64,000 nt of DNA from an uncultured Chloroflexia bacterium. Lineage in GTDB: Bacteria; Chloroflexota; Chloroflexia; QHBQ01; JADMIH01. Positions 1-9,992 of this stretch are shown one piece after another. The notes beneath the pieces were generated by a model that worked only from the letters and a program-made list of their open reading frames with translations, made no database searches and was not told where the DNA came from. A program made the translations under genes and the position numbers. The DNA lies in assembly GCA_963797095.1 (NCBI GenBank), contig CAWCNY010000002.1, positions 128,001 to 192,000 of the forward strand. The letters run 5' to 3'. The first letter of the stretch is position 1. Each line of letters starts with the position of its first letter.

Positions 1-156
1 CACCTAATAGTTTCGCTGGGCAAGCCCCCTCTTTGGGGTACACAGTTCGGTTTATAGTCAAACTGACATGGCGCGATACAATCTGCGTGCGCGCACATAT
101 GTGCCTGGTGGATTGCAAGTCCCCTAAACTTGGCTAACCCTGGAACTTCACCCAGC

Positions 157-1506
157 TTATGGATATATCCGATCTAACATCCTGGGGAACGGTATCGTCT
201 CGCGCAAATGCGGCACCCCGCAAATCCAGGCGACCAGGCGCTCTATGCCCATGCCGAAGCCGGAGTGCGGCACCGACCCGTACTTGCGCAGGTCCAGATA
301 CCATTGAAAGGCTTCCAATGGGAGATTGTGCTCCTCGATCCTCTTGCGCATGAGATCGCCGTCGTGGATGCGCTGTGATCCGCCGCAAATCTCGCCGTAG
401 CCTTCGGGGGCTATCAGGTCGGCGGCAAGCACTACCTCCGGACGGTTGGGATCGGGCTGCATATAGAACGCCTTGATATGGGCCGGATAGTGGGTGATAA
501 AGAGCGGCCTGTCATACTGAGAAGCCAGGATAGTCTCCTCGTCGCCACCGAAGTCGTCCCCCCACTGCACGTCGGGGTTGTTCTTCTTCAGGATCTCGAT
601 GGCCTCATCATAGGTGATGCGTGGGAAAGGGGCCTTGATATTCTCCAGCTTGGAAACGTCGCGCTCCAGGGCGGCCAGTTCTTCGCCGCGCTTCTCGATG
701 ACGGTTTGTACAATATATGAGATGAATGCTTCCTCAAGCTCCAGCAGGCCAGGAAGCTCCATCCAGGCGGCCTCCGGCTCGATCATCCAGAACTCCATCA
801 GGTGGCGGCGGGTCTTGCTCTTCTCGGCGCGGAAAGTGGGGCCGAAGCAGTACACTTTGCCGAACGCTGCAATGTCTGCCTCGTTGTACAGCTGTCCGCT
901 CTGGGCAAGATAGGCGGGAGTGCCGAAATAATCGGTCTCGAAAAGGGTGGATGTCCCTTCGCAGGCCGCAGGGGTGAGGATTGGAGTGTCAACCAGCACA
1001 AAGCCATTGTTGTCGAGGTAGTCACGCGCGGCTTTGATCACCTCAGCGCGGATGCGGAGGATGGCGCGTTGGCGGTTGGAGCGAAGCCACAGGTGGCGGT
1101 GCTCCATTAAGAAGCCTACACCATGCTCCTTAGGCTGCACCGGGAAATCGGCGTCGGCGGCCTGGAACACCTTAATATCATTGATCGAAAGCTCGTAGCC
1201 GCCCGGCGCGCGGTCGTCCTTCCGCACTGTGCCGGTCACTATCATCGACAACTCTTGCGTAAGCCCGGAGAAGACCTCCCACGCCGCAGATGAGAGGTCG
1301 CCTTTGAACGCCACGGCCTGCACCGTGCCCGTTCCATCGCGCAGGTTGAGGAATTGGAGCTTCTTTTGGTCGCGATGGTGCATGAGCCAACCCTTGACCG
1401 TCACACGCTCACCTTCATGCTTGCCAAGGTCGCTGATATAGACGGTAAGCACCTCTGCTGTCCCCTCATCTGCGGTGGATGCCTGTGTTTCCTCGCTTGT
1501 TTGCAT
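157..1506 (-). CDS. asnS: Asparagine--tRNA ligase
   Basis: OB-fold N-terminus (FLNLRDGTG), [43 protein letters not shown] class II aaRS motifs. Confidence 0.95.
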   Translation of the reverse strand: MQTSEETQASTADEGTAEVLTVYISDLGKHEGERVTVKGWLMHHRDQKKLQFLNLRDGTGTVQAVAFKGDLSSAAWEVFSGLTQELSMIVTGTVRKDDRAPGGYELSINDIKVFQAADADFPVQPKEHGVGFLMEHRHLWLRSNRQRAILRIRAEVIKAARDYLDNNGFVLVDTPILTPAACEGTSTLFETDYFGTPAYLAQSGQLYNEADIAAFGKVYCFGPTFRAEKSKTRRHLMEFWMIEPEAAWMELPGLLELEEAFISYIVQTVIEKRGEELAALERDVSKLENIKAPFPRITYDEAIEILKKNNPDVQWGDDFGGDEETILASQYDRPLFITHYPAHIKAFYMQPDPNRPEVVLAADLIAPEGYGEICGGSQRIHDGDLMRKRIEEHNLPLEAFQWYLDLRKYGSVPHSGFGMGIERLVAWICGVPHLRETIPFPRMLDRIYP

Positions 1507-1908
1507 TATGATATTTCCCCTTTTTCAAAATGGGCTTTTTGTTTCTATTACATATTTAATACTCATACATATTTAATACTCAATAGATGGGCAATCCTGC
1601 AAACCTGCCCCAGAAAAGGCCCTTCTCATATCCATCTTCAGGTTGAACCGGCAGGTGTGCAAGGGGGTATTGTACACAAGAGCATGGATGAATATAATAA
1701 CTTCAACCAGTATATTACGCCGCCCGTACCTTTGCACCCATGTCCAGAGTCTTAAGGTGCGGTCGTGCGTATCTAGCCCGCTCTCTGAACATCGAATGCG
1801 CGCGGTTCTCTGTACGGCCCTCCCATACCGTACCCAACTTCATGAGAGCATACAGGGGGCCTTTCTTGACTGGAAGTAGGCTCTTGACCTGAAAGGAAGG
1901 AGAAAAGG

Positions 1909-4506
1909 ATGCAAAGAAGGCGCTTATTTCTTATGGTTGCATTACTGCTGGGCGGCTTGATAACCTACGGCCTGCTGGTGGGCGGAGGACAAACTTCCCA
2001 CGCCAGTGCTCCCATATCAGTCACATCTCAGCAAGCCAACACCGGCAGCGCGAGCATGGACAACTCGAGGGTGCTGCATGTGGAGAAGGTAACCACCGAC
2101 TACCACCACGATATCTCCCCTCCCGTCCGCTCCCTCCCCATCGTCAAAGACGGCCAATATCCTGATACTCAGATTAGCGTCATACCTGAAGGTGGTCCCC
2201 TGGGCGGCATCACAGGCAAACCCAACGGCTTCACAGGCGACCCCGCTGCCCAGACCCTGCTTGGACCTCTGGTGATCCCCACCCCACTTATCACCTTCGA
2301 CGGCCTGACTGTGGCCCAGGGTTGTGGTGCCTGTTCACCCCCAGACCCCGACGGCGATGTTGGTCCCAATAACTACGTCCACATAGTCAACTCTTCCTTC
2401 GCCGTCTACGATAAGAGCGGCACCCTCATCGATGGCCCTCACCCCACCAACAGCCTGTGGGCCGGCTTCGGTGGTCCTTGCCAGACCCAGAACTCAGGCG
2501 ACGGTATTGTGCTGCACGACCAGTTGGCTGACCGCTGGTTGATTACTCAATTCACCTCCTCAGGACCAACCTACTACCAGTGTGCCGCCGTCTCCCAGAC
2601 ATCTGACCCCACAGGCTCCTACTACCGCTACGGCTTCAACATGGGCAACCAGTTCGGTGACTATCCCAAGTACGCCGTCTGGCCCACCGCCTACTACCTC
2701 AGCGAGCGTGACTTCACCAACGGTGCTACCCAGAACGGGCAGGGTGTGCACGCCCTTGAGCGAGCCCAGATGCTGGTAGGAGGCACTGCCCAGGATATCC
2801 TCATCAGAGTGCCTTTCACCACACCTTACCTCCCAGGAGATGGCCTGCTGGTTGCCGACATCGATGGCACTACCCTCCCACCAGGGGCTAATCCCGATGC
2901 CTACGTGCTGGGATTACAGGACAATGGTGGGGGGTATGGAGCGCCATCGGACGCCATCAACATGTGGAAGTTCCATGTAGACTTCGCAGTGCCAGCCAAC
3001 TCCACCCTCACAGGACCAACCGTAATCCCTGTGGACCCATTCAACTCGATATTCGACCCATGTGGAGGAGGGAGGGCATGCATACCACAGCCAGGGACAG
3101 CGAACAAGATAGACATCTTGTCGTACAGGCAGCGGCTAACACAGCGACTGTCATACCGCAACATGGGAGCATACGAGATGCTGCTAGGAGGCTCCTCGGT
3201 TGAAGGAGCACCCAACATAGCTGGCATGAGGTGGTACGAGATCCGCAACCTGAGCAGCACTCCCACAATCTACCAGCAAGGGACATATGTGCCAGGGACA
3301 GTAGACGGGATCCACAGGTGGATGGGCAGTCTGGCGATGGACGGGAGTGGGAACATCGCATTGGGATACAGCGTATCAGATGGCAGTTCAACCTTCCCAG
3401 GGAGTGCATACACAGGGAGGCTGGCAGGAGACCCGTTAGGGCAGATGACGCAAGGGGAGGCGTACATCAAAGTAGGGACAGGGTCACAGACGGGGAGCCA
3501 GAGGTGGGGAGACTACACAGCGATGCACATCGACCCATCGGACGACTGCACATTCTGGTATGTGAACGAATACATCCCAACGACCAGTTCAGTAGGGTGG
3601 AGAGGCACGATTGGTGCCTTCAAGTTCCCCGGTTGCGGGGCAGCCACACCTACCCCCACGGCTACAGATACTCCTGTGCCTACCGACACCCCCGTGCCGA
3701 CTGACACGCCTACCTCCACAGATACTCCTCTTCCCACGTTCACGGATACTCCTGTGCCTACAGATACAAATACTCCACCACCTGGAGCGACCAACACCTC
3801 AACCCCGGTAGCCACTGACACTCCTCCTCCTGGTGGTGCTACTGCTACCCCCACTGCCTGCCTCATCTCCTTCACTGACGTGCCCCCAGGCTCTACCTTC
3901 TACGACTACATCAGGTGCATGGCATGTAGGGGCATCATCAACGGCTACACCTCAGGGTGCGAGAGCGGCAACCCATGCTTCCGCCCCAACAACAACGTCA
4001 CAAGGGGCCAGCTATCCAAGATAGTGTCCAACTCAGCAGGCTACAATGATGACCCAGGTCCCCAGCGCTTTGAGGATGTGCCACTCGGTTCAACCTTCTA
4101 CGACTTCATAGGGAGGCTGGCCAGTAGAAACATCATCGCAGGGTACCCATGCGGAGGACCTGGTGAACCGTGCGTGGGCCCAGGGAACCTGCCGTACTTC
4201 AGACCCAATGCCAACATCACAAGGGGACAGATCTCCAAGATAGTGTCAGAGGCAGCGGGGTACTCGGACCCGGTAGGAGACCAGCAGTTCCAGGACGTAC
4301 TGCCAGGGTCAACCTTCTACGACTGGATATGGAGGCTGACAGACCGGGGCATCATGAATGGCTACCCATGCGGAGGTCCTGGTGAACCGTGTGTAGGCCC
4401 TGCCAACCTGCCATACTTCAGACCTGGAGCCAACGCGACGAGAGGGCAAGCCTCCAAGATAGTGGCTAACACCTTCTTGCCTGCCTGCTATACTCCTGTG
4501 CGCTAA
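1909..4506 (+). CDS. Secreted surface protein: uncharacterised 'PPD...RWGDY' domain, Thr/Pro linker, 3x Cys-loop SLH
   Basis: Signal peptide, AAGGAG RBS, PTDTPV linker, three FxDV...FRP...TRGQ SLH repeats. Confidence 0.85.
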   Translation: MQRRRLFLMVALLLGGLITYGLLVGGGQTSHASAPISVTSQQANTGSASMDNSRVLHVEKVTTDYHHDISPPVRSLPIVKDGQYPDTQISVIPEGGPLGGITGKPNGFTGDPAAQTLLGPLVIPTPLITFDGLTVAQGCGACSPPDPDGDVGPNNYVHIVNSSFAVYDKSGTLIDGPHPTNSLWAGFGGPCQTQNSGDGIVLHDQLADRWLITQFTSSGPTYYQCAAVSQTSDPTGSYYRYGFNMGNQFGDYPKYAVWPTAYYLSERDFTNGATQNGQGVHALERAQMLVGGTAQDILIRVPFTTPYLPGDGLLVADIDGTTLPPGANPDAYVLGLQDNGGGYGAPSDAINMWKFHVDFAVPANSTLTGPTVIPVDPFNSIFDPCGGGRACIPQPGTANKIDILSYRQRLTQRLSYRNMGAYEMLLGGSSVEGAPNIAGMRWYEIRNLSSTPTIYQQGTYVPGTVDGIHRWMGSLAMDGSGNIALGYSVSDGSSTFPGSAYTGRLAGDPLGQMTQGEAYIKVGTGSQTGSQRWGDYTAMHIDPSDDCTFWYVNEYIPTTSSVGWRGTIGAFKFPGCGAATPTPTATDTPVPTDTPVPTDTPTSTDTPLPTFTDTPVPTDTNTPPPGATNTSTPVATDTPPPGGATATPTACLISFTDVPPGSTFYDYIRCMACRGIINGYTSGCESGNPCFRPNNNVTRGQLSKIVSNSAGYNDDPGPQRFEDVPLGSTFYDFIGRLASRNIIAGYPCGGPGEPCVGPGNLPYFRPNANITRGQISKIVSEAAGYSDPVGDQQFQDVLPGSTFYDWIWRLTDRGIMNGYPCGGPGEPCVGPANLPYFRPGANATRGQASKIVANTFLPACYTPVR
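3778..4493 (+). repeat. ~716 bp linker/SLH cassette, near-identical to 15053-15768
   Basis: Comparison by eye found about 4 substitutions between the two copies. Confidence 0.9.
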
Positions 4507-4534
4507 CCTATCACGCCCGTAATCTGAGACAAAG

Positions 4535-4570
4535 AAGAAGAATGAGCCGCACTCAGGCTCATTCTTCTTT
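4535..4570. terminator. Intrinsic terminator-like hairpin
   Basis: AAGAAGAATGAGCC-N7-GGCTCATTCTTCTT just after the stop at 4506. Confidence 0.75.
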
Positions 4571-4641
4571 GTATTCATAGCAGGAAATACGTACAATACC
4601 AGTAGCCCCTGGCGAAATACTTGGAAGCAGGTGTCCAGTAA

Positions 4642-4887
4642 ATGAAAGTTAAAGTGTTACTCTTTGCGACCTTGCGCGAAGCCGTAGGTGTGTCCCAGAG
4701 CGCCCTTGAGGTCGAGCCTGGAGCGCGTGTGGGTGATGTATGGGCTGGCATGGCCGACCTGTATCCAGGCCTCCTCCCCCACACAGGCACGGCTGCCTTC
4801 GCTATCAATGGCACTTATGCAAAACCCAATGAACAGGTGAGCGAGGGCGATGAAATAGCCTTCCTCCCCCCCGTAAGTGGCGGTTGA
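4642..4887 (+). CDS. moaD: Molybdopterin synthase sulfur carrier subunit
   Basis: 81 aa, LFATLRE start, C-terminal FLPPVSGG. Confidence 0.9.
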   Translation: MKVKVLLFATLREAVGVSQSALEVEPGARVGDVWAGMADLYPGLLPHTGTAAFAINGTYAKPNEQVSEGDEIAFLPPVSGG

Positions 4888-5342
4888 CCACAATGAAGTC
4901 CCAAACCGAGATTGATCTTTCGTGCTCCTTATTCGAAATCACTTCCGACCCACTGTCCGTGGACGAACTGGCGGCGGTCGTGCTGACGGGCGGCGATGGC
5001 GCGGTCGTGACGTTCGCAGGCACAGTACGCGACAATCACCTGGGTAAGCACGTGCTGGCCCTTGAATATGAGGCGTACCCTGCTATGGCCGAATCGGAGA
5101 TGCGCCAAATCGGACTCCAGATGATAGCCAAGTATGGCCTGCATGGCATAGCTATGCGCCACCGTACAGGTAAGCTGTCGATTGGCGAGATCAGCGTGAT
5201 AATCGCTGTGTCGGCCCCTCATCGGGGCGAAGCATTCGCCGCCTGTAGTGAAGCTCTTGATCTACTAAAAGCCACCGTACCGGTCTGGAAGAAAGAACAC
5301 TTCGAAGACGGCGAGGTCTGGGTAGGACAGGGCGCGGGATAA
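4884..5342 (+). CDS. moaE: Molybdopterin synthase catalytic subunit
   Basis: GAVVTFAGTVRD, LEYEAY, HRTG, LKATVPVWKKE; adjoins moaD; start may be ATG 4893. Confidence 0.92.
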   Translation: MTTMKSQTEIDLSCSLFEITSDPLSVDELAAVVLTGGDGAVVTFAGTVRDNHLGKHVLALEYEAYPAMAESEMRQIGLQMIAKYGLHGIAMRHRTGKLSIGEISVIIAVSAPHRGEAFAACSEALDLLKATVPVWKKEHFEDGEVWVGQGAG

Positions 5343-5413
5343 GGTGCTGGTTGCTGATTGCTCCAGGTATTGAAACTAGGAACCAGGAACTTGGAATTAG
5401 TACTTCCTAATGT

Positions 5414-5842
5414 TCATTCGCTGCTCCCAGGAATAATCGCTAACCCCGGATGGCTAAAGGTGGGGTCGAACGTAAAGACCTCCGAGATACCTAGATACTG
5501 TATCACCGAGTAGTTCACGCAATCGGTGAAAGTCCATTGAGGGTGATCGTCCTCGACGAACACGCGCCATGCGCGCTCAAAAATCACAGTATCGGTCATA
5601 AAGAAGCGTACAAGCTGCGAATTGCGTATCAGCTCCTGCACCGCCTGCGCCGCCTGCAATGACCCGAATACTTTCAGCGCGCTATACACCTGGTCGAGCA
5701 CGTAATCTGTAATAACAAATCGCACGGGCTGGTTGCGCAGATGCTCCCACAATTGCACCGCCGCAGTGTGGTTCGGGTCCCTAGTGTTGTAGAGGGCCAG
5801 CCAGCCGCTTGAGTTGACGAAGATGGTGCGCTTCTGCATCAT
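5414..5842 (-). CDS. VapC-like PIN domain protein with atypical active site
   Basis: IFVNSS...VLDQV...FTDC...FTFD PIN pattern, 142 aa. Confidence 0.8.
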   Translation of the reverse strand: MMQKRTIFVNSSGWLALYNTRDPNHTAAVQLWEHLRNQPVRFVITDYVLDQVYSALKVFGSLQAAQAVQELIRNSQLVRFFMTDTVIFERAWRVFVEDDHPQWTFTDCVNYSVIQYLGISEVFTFDPTFSHPGLAIIPGSSE

Positions 5843-6162
5843 CCTACTCCCCCTTCGCCACTCTCACTCTCCCTTTTTGCTCGCTCGCTTCCTTCGGGCA
5901 CAGCAGGTACACTCAGATCGCCATAGCTGGCGCTAAGGGCCGGAAGAGACCATATAGGATCATCGGGGATGGGTACGATCGGGTTGCGTTCGGGAGGGGC
6001 CGGCACCGTCGCGAAGTACATAGCCACCGCATCGCGTACCACCGCGCTCAAGGGCACTCCCAATTCCTGCGCTCTCTCCACAAGGCGCTCGTACATGCCA
6101 CGTTCCATATTGAGGTGAACGTCTATGTTCAAATTCATCATGTGTAAAACCGCTCCTATCAA
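5839..6162 (-). CDS. Putative RHH/CopG-like antitoxin
   Basis: YERLVERAQELGVPLSAVVRDAV ribbon-helix-helix-like segment plus DDPIWSL; 4-nt overlap with the PIN gene; start uncertain. Confidence 0.65.
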   Translation of the reverse strand: MIGAVLHMMNLNIDVHLNMERGMYERLVERAQELGVPLSAVVRDAVAMYFATVPAPPERNPIVPIPDDPIWSLPALSASYGDLSVPAVPEGSERAKRESESGEGGVG

Positions 6163-6426
6163 TTGGGGTTATAGACCCCCGCGCCAGTTTACACTTCCGA
6201 AGCAGAATCGTCAACATACAACCGGCCCACAGGCTCACTCGATGCAGCAACTCCACTATCTCCCCGGTAGAGACAAGCAGCTTATGCATAGACTGCATCC
6301 AGCCCACGCCTACTTCGTCTGCGGCCCATTATTGTGGGGATGGAGGAAAGTAAATAGTGAGGAAAGAGTTGGAAGACACCCCAACCCCGGATGTTATAAT
6401 AGCTAACTAAAACGAGGAGGGCCACT

Positions 6427-7377
6427 ATGCCCAGCGACAACGGCACGTCCAAGAAAGGAAGAAGCAAGCAGCGAGATGATAAGAGCAAGCACAAGAAAGC
6501 CAAAGGTCGCGAATCCACAGCCTCAATCTCCGAGCCTGAGAAGCTTGTTGGCGACGGCACTCCTAACCCTAACTATCCACGCTACCGAGTCAACCCTGGC
6601 GAGCACATCCGGCTGAAGGATGTAGACCCCAACGAGACCGAGCACTACGACGACAAAGAGGATGCAGAAGGTCCATTGCGCAAGCAGCTTGCCAGGATTG
6701 AAAGCCTACAGGAGCGTCTTTATGCGGAAGGAAAGCAGAGCCTTCTCATAGTGCTACAGGCTATGGATACAGGCGGCAAGGACGGCACGATCCGTGGTGT
6801 CTTCGAGGGCGTGAATCCGCAAGGTTGCCAGGTTGTCAGCTTCAAAGTGCCCACTCCCGAGGAACTTGCCCATGATTTCCTATGGCGCGTCCACCGAAAG
6901 ACCCCTGGGCGCGGCTATATCACTATATTCAACCGCTCTCACTATGAAGACGTGCTCATCGTTCGCGTGCACAGCCTGGTACCCGAGGAGGTCTGGTCAA
7001 AACGTTACGATAGGATCAACCAATGGGAAGAGCTTCTCTATGAAGACAGGACCACCATCCTTAAGTTCTATCTGCACATCTCCAAGGACGAGCAGAAGGA
7101 ACGTCTCGAAGCCCGGCGCGATACTCCTGATAAGGCCTGGAAATTCAGTACAGGTGACCTGGCTGAGCGTGCCCTCTGGGATACGTATATGGCGGCTTAT
7201 GAAGACGCGATCAATAAATGCTCAACAGAGCACGCGCCCTGGTATGTCATTCCCGCTAACCATAAGTGGTACCGCAACCTGGTGATCGCCCGTACCATAG
7301 CCGACACGCTGGAAGCGATGGACCCTCAATACCCGCCGCCTGAGGAAGGTATAGAGAATATAGTCATCCCCGACTAA
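6427..7377 (+). CDS. ppk2: Polyphosphate kinase 2 family protein
   Basis: LQAMDTGGKDG Walker A, HDFLWR, FNRSHYEDV, APWYVIPANHKW. Confidence 0.93.
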   Translation: MPSDNGTSKKGRSKQRDDKSKHKKAKGRESTASISEPEKLVGDGTPNPNYPRYRVNPGEHIRLKDVDPNETEHYDDKEDAEGPLRKQLARIESLQERLYAEGKQSLLIVLQAMDTGGKDGTIRGVFEGVNPQGCQVVSFKVPTPEELAHDFLWRVHRKTPGRGYITIFNRSHYEDVLIVRVHSLVPEEVWSKRYDRINQWEELLYEDRTTILKFYLHISKDEQKERLEARRDTPDKAWKFSTGDLAERALWDTYMAAYEDAINKCSTEHAPWYVIPANHKWYRNLVIARTIADTLEAMDPQYPPPEEGIENIVIPD

Positions 7378-7392
7378 TCACGCGACAACCGA

Positions 7393-7446
7393 CAACCCAC
7401 GTCACAAAGGCAACCGAATCAACCCACGTCACAAAGGCAACCGAAT
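7393..7446. repeat. 27-bp tandem duplication overlapping the kinase stop codon
   Basis: CAACCCACGTCACAAAGGCAACCGAAT x2 (7393-7419, 7420-7446). Confidence 0.9.
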
Positions 7447-9855
7447 AATAAAGGTTGAACCCACTCCACGCTGGCTGGTCACGGTAATATCACCACCATG
7501 TTGGGTGATTATGTACTTCGCGCTCGCGAGGCCGATCCCCGCGCCGCTGATCCTGCCCGACACGTTCTTGGCGCGCCGGTACCACTCAAAAATATGGGGT
7601 AGTTCGGTGTCGGCTATTCCTATTCCCTGGTCCTCGATTGCCAGCATAGCCCAATCACCATGACTATGCGGAATATTTGCGTCCCCTCCATCCTCGTAGC
7701 CAGCCTTACTGCCGGCTTCCCGCCATACGCGTAATGTGACCACACCGCCATCCGGGCTGTACTTGATGGCATTGGATAAGAGGTTGGCAACCACCTGCTC
7801 CAGCCGAGTGGCATCCCAACGCCCGATCACAGGTTCGGTTTCCGCTTCCACCACGATACGATGGTCGGTGGTGGTGCGCCGGAACTCGACCGCTGCTGTG
7901 CGCGCCAGGTCCACCAGATTGAGGGGCCTTCGTTGCAGAGTAAGAGGCTGGCCTGCCTGCAACCTCCCGAAATCGAGAAGGTCGTTCAGGAGCTGGTTCA
8001 TCTTATTTGACGACTCGTCGATCCGCCCGATCACCTGTTCCAGCCGATCCCAATTGCGGGCATCCAGCAGTGACAGCCTTCGCCGCAATAACTGCGAGTA
8101 CCCCTTGATTGCCGTCAAGGGATTCTTCAAGTCATGCGATACTATAGCCAATAGCTCATCGCGAGCGTGCACTGCACCCTCGGCATCTCGCCTCGCCTCC
8201 TGTTCGCTTGCCAGCAATTGCTCGCGCTCCTGTGTAGCCTTTCTACGCTCGTGTATGTCCGTTACCGCCCCTATCCACTCCCGGACGCTGCCATCTGAAC
8301 TGAGCAAAGGCACAGCGCGCACAGTAAAGTACCTGTATTCATCGGTGGCGGCGTTCCAGAGTCTCCCCACACCTCTGTAGATCATCTTGTGCGCAACCGC
8401 CTTACCCCACACCTCCAACAGGTGCGCCCGATCTTCAGGATGGACCATTTTGATCCAACCTTCTCCCTTGTGTTCATCCCAGGGCTGTCCCGTGTATGCT
8501 TCCCACGATAATTGCGGTTCCACGAAGTCGCCATTGCCTACGCTTGTCCATACGACATCCGAGGTGGCTTCTACCAGGCTGCGATAGCGCTCTTCGCTCC
8601 GGGCCAGGTCTTCTTCGGCTCTTCTACGGCCTGTTATATCTTCCATGATGCCAATCAGCGACTCTACCGTTCCGTCGCTCGCCATTTCCGGCACTATACG
8701 CGTGCGGAACCACCTGCCCTGGTAGCTGAACTCCAGTGCTGTCTCTTGCCCCGTCTTTATTGCCTCCTTACACGCTTTCCCCAACGGCTTTCTGATGTTC
8801 GAGGGCAAGCCGAGATCTTTCCAAGTCTTACCCAGGTACTCCTCCGGCGCAATCCCTGACACCTCCTGCACCGCACTGTTGATGTAGGTATGCCGCAGGT
8901 CGGTGTCCAGCCTGAATATTATGTCGGGCGCGTTCTCTACCAAAGTGCCGAATTCGCGCTCCCGCATTCGCAGGCGCTCTTCCAACTTCTTGCGCTCGCT
9001 TATGTTCACAATGTAAGCCACCGCGATATTAATCGAGCCTTCCAGACGTGCCGCCCCTATCAACACCGGCACGCGCGTGCCGTCTTTGTGTATATACACT
9101 CTCTCATGGGGCTTATAGACCGCGGTTTCCTGTAGCTCCTTGAGCGCAGCATTGTCCAGGTGCAGCATTTCGCTGGGGGTCAGGTCTGCCCAACTCATCT
9201 TGCCTGTTTTTACATCCTCTCGCGAATAACCAAGCATATCGAGCAGCGCGTCATTGGCGTACAAAATATGCCCTGTGAAATCGCCCACCAGGATGCCAAT
9301 AATGTTCGACTCGACCAGGCGTTGCAATTGGGCTTGTGTAATACGCAGGGCTTCCTCGGCGCGCTGCCTCTCTGCTATCTCAGCGCGTAGCTCTCGGTTC
9401 GTGTCCTCTAACTGCTGCGTGCGCTCCAGCACTCTCCCCTCAAGCTGGATGTTCAGGCGTCTTATCTCCTCCTCCGCAAGTTTGCGCTGCGTGATGTCTC
9501 GTACAATCACCTGTATCAGCCCGTCACTGAGCATCCTCGCGCTCAATTCCACCGGCAGGCGTGAACCGTCTTTGCATAACAGCAACCGCTCGTCAATTAA
9601 GGGCGCGCCGCTCTTAAGTATTTCATAACGAAGAGGTTGGCGCTCCAGGTCTTCGGGTGCTACCACTTCGGATACCGTGAGACTCAGTAGCTCATCGCGA
9701 GTATAGCCGAGCATCTCGCAGGCACGCGTGTTCACATCGTGAAAGCGCCCCTGGATATCGTAGATAGCGATGCCATCGGGCGACTGCTCGACCAGCATGC
9801 GGTACCTGTCTTCTGTCGCGCTCCGGCTCTCTTTTGATATGTCTTCGATTGCCAT
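7429..9855 (-). CDS. Cytoplasmic multi-PAS sensor histidine kinase
   Basis: Four PAS/PAC units ending in DIT.R-like motifs, H-box SHDLKNPL, NLLSNAIKY, DQGIG, GAGIGL. Confidence 0.92.
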   Translation of the reverse strand: MAIEDISKESRSATEDRYRMLVEQSPDGIAIYDIQGRFHDVNTRACEMLGYTRDELLSLTVSEVVAPEDLERQPLRYEILKSGAPLIDERLLLCKDGSRLPVELSARMLSDGLIQVIVRDITQRKLAEEEIRRLNIQLEGRVLERTQQLEDTNRELRAEIAERQRAEEALRITQAQLQRLVESNIIGILVGDFTGHILYANDALLDMLGYSREDVKTGKMSWADLTPSEMLHLDNAALKELQETAVYKPHERVYIHKDGTRVPVLIGAARLEGSINIAVAYIVNISERKKLEERLRMREREFGTLVENAPDIIFRLDTDLRHTYINSAVQEVSGIAPEEYLGKTWKDLGLPSNIRKPLGKACKEAIKTGQETALEFSYQGRWFRTRIVPEMASDGTVESLIGIMEDITGRRRAEEDLARSEERYRSLVEATSDVVWTSVGNGDFVEPQLSWEAYTGQPWDEHKGEGWIKMVHPEDRAHLLEVWGKAVAHKMIYRGVGRLWNAATDEYRYFTVRAVPLLSSDGSVREWIGAVTDIHERRKATQEREQLLASEQEARRDAEGAVHARDELLAIVSHDLKNPLTAIKGYSQLLRRRLSLLDARNWDRLEQVIGRIDESSNKMNQLLNDLLDFGRLQAGQPLTLQRRPLNLVDLARTAAVEFRRTTTDHRIVVEAETEPVIGRWDATRLEQVVANLLSNAIKYSPDGGVVTLRVWREAGSKAGYEDGGDANIPHSHGDWAMLAIEDQGIGIADTELPHIFEWYRRAKNVSGRISGAGIGLASAKYIITQHGGDITVTSQRGVGSTFIIRLPL

Positions 9856-9992
9856 GACCTGCTTTTCCAGGGTTCAGAGGAGTGTGTGTTTATATTGTAT
9901 TACAAACCCCGAACCGCGCGCCTTCATAAGTCCGGTGATGGTATTCGTGCCAGGCACACAGGGTAATAAATATATACGAAACTGAGGCTGAA

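Noticed and set aside
1507-1908. T-box leader upstream of asnS
   Set aside because: No T-box consensus or terminator/antiterminator recognised
4642-5342. MoaD as part of a ubiquitin-like conjugation or defence system
   Set aside because: Directly coupled to moaE with no E1/E2/JAB genes nearby; ordinary molybdopterin synthase
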